Positions 32,659 through 43,414 of a stretch of 64,000 bases of DNA are shown piece by piece; within the stretch, counting starts at the first letter, position 1, and every line of letters begins with the position of its first letter. Below the pieces are notes generated by a model that saw only the letters and a list, made by a program, of their open reading frames with translations, had not been told where the DNA came from and ran no database searches. The stretch spans positions 320,001 through 384,000 of the forward strand of contig CBDBHR010000028.1 of assembly GCA_965205865.1 (NCBI GenBank), in the 5' to 3' direction. Source of the stretch: a bacterium. GTDB lineage: Bacteria > SAR324 > NAC60-12. A program made the position numbers and the translations under genes.

Positions 32659-33677
32659 TGTCTCTCCTCCATGCGGTAGAGTCGCACGGCAGTACCCCGT
32701 AAGAGAGCATCTTGTTCGGATTCGGAAAAGCGGGCCGCAATCTTCTTGAATGCATTCCACAGCACGTGATAAGAAACCGAGACTTTTTCTACGGGGAAAT
32801 TACTTTCGAACATACAGCGCTCGGGGCCGAAGTGTTCGATCATATGCAAATAATAAGGACTGTGCGCTGACACGATTTCGTTCGAAGTGGCTGGTTTTTC
32901 CGCGCTGTCCCAGCCAAAACCATTGATGGGCATGGCCATTCCTCCCAGTTTGGCGACCACGTTGGGGCAACGAGCAAGACTGGCAATGTCCTGTCTCCAT
33001 TTATAAAAAACTTCATCGCGATATCCGGCATAGGGACCAATGCCCAGAGGACCTCCCAAGTGGTCAAGAATGATCGTCGTTTCCGGAAACTTGTGGGCCA
33101 GCTCAGTCAAATCGGGTATATCGGGATGATACAACCAGGCGTCGAAGCTCAGTCCCAGTGGAGCCAGACAAGCAAACCCTTCATGAAATTTCGGATTGGT
33201 ATAGAGATTGGGAGGGGGAGCGATGCGAGAATTTTCAATGGCTTCACTGGCACTCCAACTGCCATGGTGGCGAATGCCTCGAAACCACCCTTTACTCGCG
33301 TCGATGTGAGCTTGCAAAACGTCTTGAATTGGCGTTCCCTGAGATAAATCGGCATGACTGACTATGGCGCCGATATGGGCCGCATTGACATTGCGCCGGG
33401 TTTGCTCGATCGATTCTACGACAAAACGGGTCTCACCCACTGGCCTCATCATTGCGGGACCGCCGGTGAAATAGTCTGCCACGCAGTCGATGAACACGGT
33501 TTGCTCGATGTGATGGCCACTACCCGTATCTTCCCACAAGTCTTCCACCAGGTATTGTTCACGGCGGTGATCCTTACGCCACAGATGATGATGGGCATCC
33601 ACCAAAGGTCGCTCGGGATCGACAATCTCTTCTTTAACTCGAGCTAACCAACTTTTCAGTTCTTTCACGGTTTTCAT
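32655..33677 (-). CDS. Amidohydrolase family protein
   Basis: DAHHHLW, LDHLGGP and MFESNFPV motifs. Confidence 0.9.
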   Translation of the reverse strand: MKTVKELKSWLARVKEEIVDPERPLVDAHHHLWRKDHRREQYLVEDLWEDTGSGHHIEQTVFIDCVADYFTGGPAMMRPVGETRFVVESIEQTRRNVNAAHIGAIVSHADLSQGTPIQDVLQAHIDASKGWFRGIRHHGSWSASEAIENSRIAPPPNLYTNPKFHEGFACLAPLGLSFDAWLYHPDIPDLTELAHKFPETTIILDHLGGPLGIGPYAGYRDEVFYKWRQDIASLARCPNVVAKLGGMAMPINGFGWDSAEKPATSNEIVSAHSPYYLHMIEHFGPERCMFESNFPVEKVSVSYHVLWNAFKKIAARFSESEQDALLRGTAVRLYRMEERQ

Positions 33678-33720
33678 AAATTTATTTATAGTAAAGGTCG
33701 TATTGAATACGCTTCCCAAT

Positions 33721-34989
33721 TCAATCAACAATGGCTTGATAGGCCAGTACGCGGAAATCATCACTGACAGCATAATACCCTTCCGGCATCAATTGGGAAA
33801 GGACGATGCCGATAAACTCTTCCACGGGATCGATCCAAAAGTAGGTCGAGGCCGCACCACCCCAGCCATATTCACCCAATGATCCGGGTACTTGACTTCG
33901 TCCCAAATCAATAAGGACTCGCACACCCAAACCATAACCATAACCCTTAAATACATTGCCGTTGATATCGAAGGGCAATAGAGACTGAGGGAGATGATTG
34001 GTGGTCATCAATTCAATGGTTTTTCTCCCCAAAATCCTTTCTCCTTCCAACTCTCCGTGATTGAGAAGCATTCGGCAGAATTGCAGATAATCGGCTGCTG
34101 TGGAGACCAAGCCGTGACCGCCTCGGAAAGTCCCATGCTTGTGGAATTCCAAATCTTTCTCCGGGTTGGATAACCTGCGAAATTGATTTTGATCCGCCAA
34201 TTCCCATGTCCTGCTCGATTTGGGATTCTCTGAGTCGCCCGCGCCAATTAATGAGACAAATCGATCGTGTTTTTCCGCAGGGACGTAATAGGCAGTGTCA
34301 GGCATGTTCAAGGGTTGGAAGATCTTTTCATCGAGAAATTGGTCCAAAGGCTGATCGCCCAGCACTTCAATCAAGCGGGCAATCACGTCATGAGAAAAGC
34401 TGTAGCGCCATTCGGAACCCGGATGAAAAGCCAAGGGCATCTGCAGTAAATCTGCTACGAATTCTTCCAGAGGTTTATTGGAAGTAATCTCATTTTCCCG
34501 GTACATATCTTCGACCGGACCATTTTCCAAAAAAGAATATGTCAATCCGGAAGTATGGGTCAGCAAATCGCAGACAGTCACTTCCCGGATAGGATCGACC
34601 AAATTCGAGGCGCGGAACACGGTTCGCTTGTTGACCTGATTTCGGCGGCGCGTCATTTCGTCGCAGAAAACTTTTAACTTACTGAAACCGGGAATGTACC
34701 AGGAAACCGGATCGAAAAGTTGGAATTTTCCTTGCTCATAAAGCGTTAACAGGGCTGCGCAGATGACAGGTTTTGTCATGGAATAAAGGCGAAATATGGC
34801 ATCGATGGCCAAGGGATGACGCTGTTCGGGGTCCAAGTAACCAAATGCATGATGGTACGCCAATTCTCCCTTGCGATAAAGCAGAGTTACTATTCCCGGT
34901 AAGCGCGTGTTGGCTACATAATTTTCCATGAGGGGATTGATCTGCCGGAGCCGTTGCGAAGCCAGTCCCCCTTTGATCTTTTCATTCAT
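33721..34989 (-). CDS. Serine hydrolase, beta-lactamase family
   Basis: SMTK, LLTHTSG, YS and WGG motifs. Confidence 0.92.
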   Translation of the reverse strand: MNEKIKGGLASQRLRQINPLMENYVANTRLPGIVTLLYRKGELAYHHAFGYLDPEQRHPLAIDAIFRLYSMTKPVICAALLTLYEQGKFQLFDPVSWYIPGFSKLKVFCDEMTRRRNQVNKRTVFRASNLVDPIREVTVCDLLTHTSGLTYSFLENGPVEDMYRENEITSNKPLEEFVADLLQMPLAFHPGSEWRYSFSHDVIARLIEVLGDQPLDQFLDEKIFQPLNMPDTAYYVPAEKHDRFVSLIGAGDSENPKSSRTWELADQNQFRRLSNPEKDLEFHKHGTFRGGHGLVSTAADYLQFCRMLLNHGELEGERILGRKTIELMTTNHLPQSLLPFDINGNVFKGYGYGLGVRVLIDLGRSQVPGSLGEYGWGGAASTYFWIDPVEEFIGIVLSQLMPEGYYAVSDDFRVLAYQAIVD

Positions 34990-35240
34990 GCGGATGGTCT
35001 CTGTTTATTTATTATAAAATGGATTTGGTTCGAAAGACCTTCTTTGATATCTCCCCGACTGAGAGAAGTCAAGAAAATATTTGGACAGAGCAATTGAATC
35101 GCCATCGAATTGGACGGAGTTGAAGCAGATATTTAAAAGAAAATCGTTCTACCCGGTTGTCTTTTCTTGACATCTCTGATGGAGGGGGCTATTACAACAA
35201 AGTTTCTATAGAAATTTTTAACAAATTACAGGAGAAGAAA

Positions 35241-36221
35241 ATGAATGACAATACCCGAGTATATATGGGCGGCATTGGTCAATCCGTATGGCGCAGCGTG
35301 AATGGGGGACACAACTGGAATATGAGTTGGTATCCTGACATGTACGTAGAATGCGAAGTACGGGCGTTGGCGGTTCATCCGGACAATCCTCAGATACTTT
35401 TCGCAGGTACCAATGATGGTTGCCTGCGTACCACGGACGGAGGGGAAACGTGGTACCGGCTCGACAGTGGCATGGACGACCGGGCGATCTGGTCCCTGGC
35501 CATCTTACCGGACGATCCTCAGATAGTTCTGGCAGGAACCTGGCCGCCGGATTTGTTTCGTTCTACCGATGGGGGCGATACCTGGGAGTGTCTCGACGTT
35601 GGAATGAACCAGCGTTGCGATGGAATCGTATACAACCGGGTGACCGTCCTGAAGCCCGACCCGTATATCCCGGGTCGGGTCTGGGCCGGGGTGGAAATCG
35701 ACGGCATGTACCGCAGTGACGACAGCGGTAAAACATGGACCCGATTCGTCGACGGCTTGTCCTCGCTGGACGTCCACGGGATGGCTATCGTGCCGGGCAA
35801 TGGCAGTGCCCAGTCGGTATTGGTGGTGACGGATAACAATTTGAATCTGAGCACGGACGATGGAGAAAACTGGCATCCGCAAAACGTCAATAAGAACTTC
35901 CCCTGGACTTATTGCCGGGGAATCAAAGAAATGCCGGGCCGGCCGGAAGTGCTTTTCATGGGAAATGGGGACGCGCCCCCAGGTTCTTTTGGAGCTGGTT
36001 GGCGTTCGCAAGATGGCGGAAAAAGCTGGCAGAAACTTGCCCTGCCCGTCGAACCGAATTCAACCGTTTGGGATTTCGCCGTCCATCCTGCCGATCCGAA
36101 TCGAATTTATGCCTATACCTTGTTTGGACAAATATTCCTCTCCACGGATGGAGGTGACAGTTGGGAATTACTGCGGCGCACATTCGGTGAAATCCGCGCC
36201 CTGGCCTGGGCTCCCGCTTAA
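35241..36221 (+). CDS. BNR/Asp-box repeat beta-propeller protein
   Basis: Repeated S.DGG.TW; AGGAG RBS. Confidence 0.85.
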   Translation: MNDNTRVYMGGIGQSVWRSVNGGHNWNMSWYPDMYVECEVRALAVHPDNPQILFAGTNDGCLRTTDGGETWYRLDSGMDDRAIWSLAILPDDPQIVLAGTWPPDLFRSTDGGDTWECLDVGMNQRCDGIVYNRVTVLKPDPYIPGRVWAGVEIDGMYRSDDSGKTWTRFVDGLSSLDVHGMAIVPGNGSAQSVLVVTDNNLNLSTDDGENWHPQNVNKNFPWTYCRGIKEMPGRPEVLFMGNGDAPPGSFGAGWRSQDGGKSWQKLALPVEPNSTVWDFAVHPADPNRIYAYTLFGQIFLSTDGGDSWELLRRTFGEIRALAWAPA

Positions 36222-36344
36222 GCATTCGACTCCTTCTTGGAAAAGCAATTCTCTTTTAACCAGTTTTGCCACAGTCTCCGGAGACAGTCGAGCTACTATC
36301 ACTTGGAGAGTGTGGCAATGTCATACCGCACTTTCGATTGCGCC

Positions 36345-37356
36345 TTAGAATCGTATTCCGAGATTGACCACTGCGGAGTATTCCTGGTTCTCGGCATTCA
36401 GCCCAGCCATAGAAAATTCGGCGCTGAGCGAGAGGCGGCCTTGGTGATAGGCGCCGCCGAGACCGATCAGAATGCGGGTTTTCCCGGATTCCGACTCGAT
36501 CTTCTCACCCGAGACCTCGACGGTATTAACCTCGCCGTCGAAGATATGTTCGACGTCCAACGATCCATGCAAGGAGAGATTCCCTCTCTCCCACGCGCGC
36601 CCGGTCTTCGCTACCACCCCGAGGCCGCCTGTAAGGCGATTCGCGTCCGGGAATGAGGCTCGAGCGTTCACCGCGTCTACGAATTTTTCGACGGAAACCC
36701 CCGAACGAGACATCCACACGCGGGAGGTGAACTCCTTTTGCTCGTCCATCACGGTGCTCTGGCCTGCCTCGACATAGAGGGAATGGGCGTATCCGTTAAC
36801 GTCCTCCTTGAGCAGCCCCCTCTTGCGCGAGGAGAGGCTTATGGTGTAGTCCGTCAGTGAGAAACGACTGACTGCATAAGCATTGTCCGCACTTCTCCAG
36901 TGGACGCCAAGCGAGGCACCCGTTCCCGATACGCTAATCTCCTCTTATGCTGACGTCAAACGCGACATTCGGAGCCGAATTACCTGTTGCTCCGGTTGCA
37001 CCGTCGTGGAGCTTCACGTCGTTGACCACGATGGTGGTCTGACCAGCGTCGTTGATGATCCAGGAGTTACCGATTACTTTATGCAACTGGCGACCATCGA
37101 GATTCATGTCGACATAGAGCTTAGGATTATCGCCCGTCGTGCGAATGGCGATGCCGGAATCCGCGCCCACGGTTCCCCGCGGTCCGATGTAGACCCGGCC
37201 GCCGCCCACGAGAAACACACCTGCCGCGTCGCCGGAGCCGCCGAACACTCGGCCGTTCAGATTGACCATCTGCCGGCGGTAGCCCTCATCGTCTACTCCG
37301 GCCACGCGCTCCACCATGCCATCCGCGTTAACCACTCCCACATGGACGCCGCTCGC
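36345..37356 (-). pseudogene. Autotransporter remnant (passenger and beta-barrel fragments)
   Basis: C-terminal ..VNLGIRF beta-strand signature; broken frames; 5' end replaced by an intron scar. Confidence 0.6.
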
Positions 37357-37373
37357 GCCCATGCCGGGCACAC
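37357..37373 (-). other. 17-nt 5' scar of a class IIC intron
   Basis: Minus strand TTGT|GTGTGCCCGGCATGGGC, identical to the starts at 46703 and 50646. Confidence 0.75.
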
Positions 37374-37494
37374 ACAATTGAATTGAGAATGATGTGAGAC
37401 CCTACGCTTTTTTCCAAGATTCTGCAAGATTGATATTTCATCTCAATTTCAAAATTCAGTGTTGGTCTCACGCCTCTCATTCAGGTCGATAGCC
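37374..37494 (+). repeat. attC-like site (left end lost at the intron scar)
   Basis: TGAATTGAGA..GTGAGACC / GGTCTCAC..TCTCATTCA arms, ending in the non-canonical core GATAGCC. Confidence 0.5.
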
Positions 37495-37514
37495 TAAAAT
37501 CGCTCGCGATTTTA

Positions 37515-37673
37515 GGCTATCGCCTGCTGTTGAGGGCTTCGCTCTCTCACGACTTGATAGCCGGACGCTCCGCTAAAATCGGCTATCAAGTCGTTCGAGC
37601 CGCTCCGGTGGTACCTTCCACGAACAAGTTCGTTCCGGAGCTCATCCTCGAGGCTCAACAGCAGGCGTTATTT
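37515..37673 (+). repeat. attC-like site upstream of hicBA
   Basis: GCCTGCTGTTGAG / CTCAACAGCAGGC arms ending GTTATTT, complementary to AAATAAC after hicA. Confidence 0.55.
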
Positions 37674-37770
37674 GCTCGATTCATCGCTGCAATAAGCTAT
37701 TTGAATTCTGAACCCAGTCCGTTAAAGTCAATCATGTTAAACTATCAGAAAACTCTTAATAGGAGACTCT

Positions 37771-37977
37771 ATGAAACAAAACTTTTCAGCAAGTGTATGG
37801 AAAGAAGGAAATTGGTTTATTGCCCAATGTTTACAAGTTGATGTCGCCAGTCAGGGTGAAACAGAGCAAGACGCATTACAAAATCTCAGCGAAGCCTTAG
37901 CATTACACTTTGAATCATCCACTGCTACTCAAATTCCTGATATCCATACATTAGAAATTGAAATCGATGGCGCTTAG
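37771..37977 (+). CDS. hicB: HicB-family antitoxin
   Basis: EGNWFIA.C....VASQGET...AL.NL.EAL.L motif. Confidence 0.85.
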   Translation: MKQNFSASVWKEGNWFIAQCLQVDVASQGETEQDALQNLSEALALHFESSTATQIPDIHTLEIEIDGA

Positions 37978-38188
37978 TCCCCTACCTTATCGCGTTATTA
38001 AAAGTAAACTCGAAGCGGCTGGTTTCGTTGAAGTCAGTCAAAAAGGAAGTCATGTCAAGTTTGTAAAAGAAACGGAACAAGAGATTTGGACAACTATCGT
38101 TCCTCATCACAAAGAAGTTTCCGTTGGGACGCTTCGTAGTATCCTGAGACAAGCTGGAATCAGTCCGGATGAGTTTGAAGATTTATAG
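37967..38188 (+). CDS. hicA: HicA-family toxin
   Basis: GF....QKGSH.K and VP.H.E...GTL.SIL.QAG motifs. Confidence 0.88.
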   Translation: MALSPLPYRVIKSKLEAAGFVEVSQKGSHVKFVKETEQEIWTTIVPHHKEVSVGTLRSILRQAGISPDEFEDL

Positions 38189-38200
38189 AAGCAGGGACGC

Positions 38201-38288
38201 AAATAACAAGCCAGTCCAGTGTATTTCGGGGGTGCCGGTCGTTCCTCCCTCTGCTCCGCTCAAACACTGACAAATTGGCTGGTTTTAT
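38201..38288 (+). repeat. attC-like site closing the hicBA cassette
   Basis: AAATAAC..AGCCAGTCCAGTG / CACTGACAAATTGGCT..GTTTTAT. Confidence 0.6.
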
Positions 38289-38327
38289 TGGTAAAATGAA
38301 AGAGATAGATGATCCATCTGGAGAATA

Positions 38328-38411
38328 GGTCAATTCATGAACTACCGGATGGCCTTACAACATGAAGATCCTGAACGCATCCTTTATCTTGCTGTTCCTC
38401 TAGATACTTAT
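38328..38411 (+). pseudogene. XisH-like fragment
   Basis: Manual translation GQFMNYRMALQHEDPERILYLAVPLDTY. Confidence 0.65.
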
Positions 38412-38664
38412 GAGTCATTTTAATAGCCGCTTAGCCAGAAAAACACTCGCTTTCTCCAAAGACCTGCGCATGTACCAGGCTTCCGCTGCTTGGGAAGACC
38501 TCTATTTTAAGCTGGGGCGTTCTCTGAAAACCTTACGACTCAAAGTGCTCGACGATCCAAGACGGCGATGGCAACCTCGCACACCCGCAATGGCTGCTAG
38601 CTTAACAAATCATATCTGGACTGTCAAAGAACTTTTAACCGTTATTGCCCCTCCCAACACTTGA
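38410..38664 (+). pseudogene. IS1-like transposase C-terminal fragment
   Basis: RLARKTLAFSK and RTPAMAA.LT.H.W motifs. Confidence 0.7.
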
Positions 38665-38766
38665 GAGGGAGACTATCCCCATTTCCACTAGCAGAAAACA
38701 GGGGAAATCCATGCTCGAGTTGCTCACTCGGGCTTTGCATCCCCCGGATCAAGTCCGGGACAGGCT

Positions 38767-39456
38767 GTGCGCCAGGAAAGCTGGCAAGAAATAGAGAGTG
38801 AAAGTCTCTTACTCGGTAAGGCAGTAACGACCCGCCGAGTCCCCGAGTCATGAGTGGTTATTCGCAAGGATAGGCGCTAAGCGTTGACAGGGGAGAACAT
38901 AGGCTCGGTATTGAGCTCCGAAATCATAGTTTCAGGTGCTGACCTTGTAGTCTGGTGGGGAAGGCAACATCAACCGAAGGCGTTAGCGTGAGTCCCGGTC
39001 GAGCCTGGCGGAGTCGAAGACCCGGCGCATGTGTGGAAGTTTCTTGATCGGAACCTGGGAGATCCTGAAGACGACTGTCAACATTCTATTGGTAGTCGGA
39101 TCGGGAAAATTAATAAATAACCCCGATATCTACGTCTTCAGGAAGTCGGACAAGTTCGTAGTAGCGATGAAGCGGCGAACAATGAGATCGTTTGTAGAGT
39201 AACAATGCAAAGGAAATCAACGGAGCCTGTGGAGCAAAGGGACTTGGCTGAGAGGAATTCTGCTTGCCCTCCTGTGTTCGGAACTCAGAGGCCGGTAAAA
39301 TCAGAGAGCGGTTCAAGCAGGGTGCGCCAAACGGCAACGTTTGAGCGTCTGACTCGAAGCAGGAGCCGGATGCGTTAGCAGCGCACGTCCGGATCTGTAC
39401 CGGAGGAATGACGAAAGGTGGCTGGAAACCACTATAAGTCAGTTCTTTACGGTGAC
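38767..39456 (+). ncRNA. ORF-less group II intron family A, copy 5
   Basis: Same intron with different exons: GGATCAAGTCCGGGACAGGCT| and |TCACC. Confidence 0.9.
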
Positions 39457-39787
39457 TCACCTGCTCCTCCTTGTTACTGAAACTCTCCTTTTTTTTAAAC
39501 GTTCCGCCCCCTGCGTGGCCAAAAGTATTCATAGCAAACGTAGCATCGTCAATGCGATTTTGTATGTCCTGAAAACAGGTTGTCAGTGGAGCATGCTTGC
39601 TCATGATTTACCTCCCTGGCAAAGCGTTTACGATCATTATCGCCGTTGGAAAAACGCTGGACTGTGGAGCGAACATTCGCTTTTTGGCTCATGCCGAAGA
39701 TGGACCACAATATATCTTTTTATAGCTGATCACCATTGTTGCGCAATTCTCCTGATCCAAACTTGCTATAGGCTTTGCGCCGCGTAG
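39457..39787 (+). pseudogene. IS5-family transposase remnant, internally deleted
   Basis: NAILYVLKTGCQW..L.HDLPPW..VY is joined almost directly to VERTFA in another frame. Confidence 0.75.
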
Positions 39788-39859
39788 TAGTGCTGAAATC
39801 ATGCCATGTTGTTTCCGGGAAAGAGAGAATTTCCGCTCGTTTGATTCAAAATTAGCTGT

Positions 39860-40223
39860 GGAGGGTTCCCGCTTGATCGATTGAACAATACCCTGGGAGG
39901 ATGTGAAAACGATGGATCCTTGCCGGGAATCTTTTTTAAACGTTATTGAACTGAACGGCTTCTGACTGTCCCCGGATTTGAGCAGATTTATTGATTTTTT
40001 ATTTTTTTTTGCGAATCCCGCATTTATTTTGCCTTGGGGGGTTGACATTGGGTTGTTGTTGTTGTGCTAGGATCATGCCTTCGCTAAGTTGTTTTAGTGA
40101 ATGAGAGGGTTCCCGATCGATTGAGCAATATCGTGAGAGGAATTGAAAACGATCGATCCTCCCCGGGAATCTTTTTTCAATGTTATTGAAATGAACGGAT
40201 TTTTCTGAGACCTGAATAGTTAC
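39860..40223 (+). repeat. Two copies of a ~110-bp non-coding repeat (third copy at 46558-46655)
   Basis: CAATA...GAGGA..TGAAAACGAT.GAT....CCGGGAATCTTTTTT...TATTGAA at ~39860, ~40105 and ~46558. Confidence 0.75.
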
Positions 40224-40506
40224 CCCTCAGTAAAAAAAGGACCCTATGTATCTTAAGAATTTTCTGGCCCCGGTCATGGGGCTGCCCGTGGCAAGCGTCG
40301 TGTCTGCTGCGAAAACCCGATTCGCCCCATGTCGGGTGAATCGTTCTCAAAACCCTCAATTTAGAGAGGTTCTTATGTATTGTATTATGAAGAAATTTGT
40401 CGCTCCCCTCATGGGGCTAAACGTGGCAGGCAACTTGTCTGCGGCGAAAACCCGATTCGCCCCATGGGTGAATCGTTCTTTCCATCCTCAATCAAAAGAG
40501 ATTACT

Positions 40507-42354
40507 ATGGGTATTATAAAGAAACTTGTTGCCTCCATCGCGAGGCTGGACCCGGCAGGCTCTTTGTCTGCTGCAAAACTCATCTCGGTGCTGTTGGCCC
40601 TCCTCCTGGGTACGTTTGTTCTTGGAATGGGTCCGACTAACGCGGCTGAGAAGAAAATGCTCAAAGACCCTACCACTGGCCAGATGGTGACCGCGCCCGA
40701 GTATGGCGGGACAGTAAATCTCCCCCAGCAGGACTGGTGGGCTGACCAGTGGGACGTCTATTATGCGCACGTGCGGCATTCTGCTGGCGTTCTCGAGCAC
40801 CTGGGCATGAGGAACTGGGGCATAGATAGAGACGAATTCGACTTTCAGGGTGTCACACCTGTATCTGCCCTCACGGGGATGCTGGCGGAAAGCTGGTCGC
40901 AACCCAATCCACTGACTTATGTCTTTAAAATCCGCCAGGGCGTTTACTGGCATAAGAAGGCCCCTATGCACGGTCGAGAATTAACGGCCGATGACATCGT
41001 ATACAACTATCAGCGTCTGGCGGGTCTGGGCAAGTTCAGTGACGCCGAACCTTCCCCGATGCGTGAGTGGGCTACTCTGCCATTCGAATCAATAACGACC
41101 ACCGACAAATGGACGGTCGTTTTTAAGTTGACGGAGCCAAATCTCGCTATGCTGGAGACTCTCTTGGACGACTATATGGCTCAGATATACCCACCCGAGG
41201 TAATCGAGGAAACAAGGACTGCTGAAGCGCCGGTGGGCAAGCTTGTGGATGTGATGGACCTGGTCGGCACCGGGCCCTATGAGCTGAGCGACCTGGTCGT
41301 TGGCAGCTCGGTTCTCTATACCAAGAATCCTAATTACTGGGGTTATGACGAAAAATATCCGGAGAACCGCCTGCCCTATATCGACGAGATCAGGACACTG
41401 GTTATAAAAGACATGGCAACACTTCTGTCCGCACTGCGCACGGGCAAGGTTGATTACATCGGTTGGCCGGCCGCCTCCTCAACAATAAGTAACCTCGACG
41501 ATGTAGACAGCCTCCGCCGGACCCGCCCCGAAATCCAGCTGTGGCCGATAAAGTTTCGGAACTTGAACGCTTATGCCATGGACGTACGCCAGCCGCCCTT
41601 TGACGACATCCGGGTGCGCCATGCCATGCAGATGGCACTGGACCGTGAGAGCATAAACAATTCGCAATATAAGGGTCTGGGGGACAACACACCATACGGG
41701 ATATCTGCGGTCAAAGGGTATACCATCCCATTTGCGCAGTGGCCCGAAGAGCTCAAGAAGACCTATAACTATGACCCGGAAGGGGCAGAGGCGTTGCTCG
41801 ATGCGGCTGGATATCCGCGCGGTGCCGACGGCACCAGGTTCAAGACCAAGGTCCATATACCGGATTGGTTCGATGCCACCTACACAGAAATAGCCAGCTC
41901 CTACTGGGGTGAGATTGGCGTTGACGTAGAGATTCTCCTCCATGATGGTCTTACATATAACGCTATGGTGCGTGAACATACTTATGAAGGTCTCGCCATG
42001 GCCAATTCGGCTGCCCAATTTTCCCCTGGCATAACGGTGAATTGGGCTCATTCGACCGATAATTTTGGCGTGAACGCGCCCGGATGGCAGGACCTCAAGC
42101 TGGACGCCATGGTTGAAGCCGCTTTAGCCGCAGACAGCATTGAGGAGCAGAAGAGGCTGATCACAGAGGTGGACATGTACCAGATAGAGAATCGTGGCTG
42201 GGTATACGGTACGCTCGTTCCAATCTTCTTCGCGAACTGGCCATGGCTCAAAGGCTACAATGGTGAGCTTGGTTTGGGACAGCACGGCGATTTGGGCACC
42301 CTATTCTCCCGCCTCTGGCTTGATCCGGACCTGAAGAAAGAAATGGGGTATTAG
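40507..42354 (+). CDS. ABC transporter substrate-binding protein, family 5
   Basis: Paralog of 70-1842. The start is uncertain because the frame is open from 40246 through duplicated leader units. Confidence 0.88.
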   Translation: MGIIKKLVASIARLDPAGSLSAAKLISVLLALLLGTFVLGMGPTNAAEKKMLKDPTTGQMVTAPEYGGTVNLPQQDWWADQWDVYYAHVRHSAGVLEHLGMRNWGIDRDEFDFQGVTPVSALTGMLAESWSQPNPLTYVFKIRQGVYWHKKAPMHGRELTADDIVYNYQRLAGLGKFSDAEPSPMREWATLPFESITTTDKWTVVFKLTEPNLAMLETLLDDYMAQIYPPEVIEETRTAEAPVGKLVDVMDLVGTGPYELSDLVVGSSVLYTKNPNYWGYDEKYPENRLPYIDEIRTLVIKDMATLLSALRTGKVDYIGWPAASSTISNLDDVDSLRRTRPEIQLWPIKFRNLNAYAMDVRQPPFDDIRVRHAMQMALDRESINNSQYKGLGDNTPYGISAVKGYTIPFAQWPEELKKTYNYDPEGAEALLDAAGYPRGADGTRFKTKVHIPDWFDATYTEIASSYWGEIGVDVEILLHDGLTYNAMVREHTYEGLAMANSAAQFSPGITVNWAHSTDNFGVNAPGWQDLKLDAMVEAALAADSIEEQKRLITEVDMYQIENRGWVYGTLVPIFFANWPWLKGYNGELGLGQHGDLGTLFSRLWLDPDLKKEMGY

Positions 42355-42363
42355 GGGTTTCCC

Positions 42364-43329
42364 GTGAGAGTCTATCTCATCAGGCGGTTATTGCTGATCA
42401 TCCCCACCCTGTTCATCTCGAGCATCCTGGTCTTTCTCTCGGTGCGCTTCATCCCGGGCGATGCAATAAACTTAATCATGGATAGGATGGTCAATGTGGC
42501 GGGTGGCGGAGGCGCGATTGACCGTGAAGCTATTGAGCGCATGCTGGGACTGGACGTGCCCGTCTACGTGCAGTATGGACGCTGGCTGGGAGATATCCTC
42601 CGGCACGGCATCCTTGGCGAATCACTGTGGGGCGCCGGGTCGGTAGAAGAGGAGATATTTGATAGGTTGCCGGTCACCCTTCAGCTGGGTGTCATGGCAA
42701 TCGTCATCGGGCTCGTGATCGCGCTGCCCGTGGGCGTCTACTCGGCGATTCGTCAGGATACGGCTGCCGACTACCTGGGGCGCAGCATCGCCATCATCGG
42801 TCTGGCCACGCCGAACTTCTGGCTGGCCATTATGGTCATGCTCTACCCCTCACTCTGGTGGAACTGGTCGCCCTCGATGCTGCTGATTCCGTTCTCCGAA
42901 GACCCGCTGGGCAATCTGGGGATGTTCCTCATTCCCAGCCTGATTCTGGGAACGGCCACGGCTGCCAGCACCATGCGCCTGACGCGCACCATGATGCTGG
43001 AGGTGCTCCGGCAGGATTATATCCGCACCGCCTGGGCCAAGGGGCTCAAGGAGCGGGTCGTCGTTCTGGGACACGCCCTCAAGAATGCCTTCATCCCGGT
43101 CGTGACCCTGATCGGCATGGAGTTGCCTCTCCTGGTCGGGGGTTCCGTAATCATGGAGAACATCTTTAACCTGCCGGGGCTCGGTCGTCTCTTTCTGAAT
43201 GCCCTGCAAAACAGAGACTACCCGGTGGTCTCCGGAGTCAACCTGTTTTTCGCCGCCGGGGTGATGCTGTTCAATCTCCTCATCGACCTGATTTATCCCT
43301 ATTTGGACCCGAGGGTAAGGTATGAATAG
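42364..43329 (+). CDS. ABC transporter permease (DppB/OppB-like)
   Basis: DYIRTA.AKG EAA loop and RDYP motif. Confidence 0.93.
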   Translation: MRVYLIRRLLLIIPTLFISSILVFLSVRFIPGDAINLIMDRMVNVAGGGGAIDREAIERMLGLDVPVYVQYGRWLGDILRHGILGESLWGAGSVEEEIFDRLPVTLQLGVMAIVIGLVIALPVGVYSAIRQDTAADYLGRSIAIIGLATPNFWLAIMVMLYPSLWWNWSPSMLLIPFSEDPLGNLGMFLIPSLILGTATAASTMRLTRTMMLEVLRQDYIRTAWAKGLKERVVVLGHALKNAFIPVVTLIGMELPLLVGGSVIMENIFNLPGLGRLFLNALQNRDYPVVSGVNLFFAAGVMLFNLLIDLIYPYLDPRVRYE

Positions 43330-43414
43330 TCGTTATGCTTCTGGTAAATATAGGTTTGAGATTCGTATGTAAGAAGAAGTCCCTGCGGGACTGTATTATA
43401 GAACAATCCGCAAA

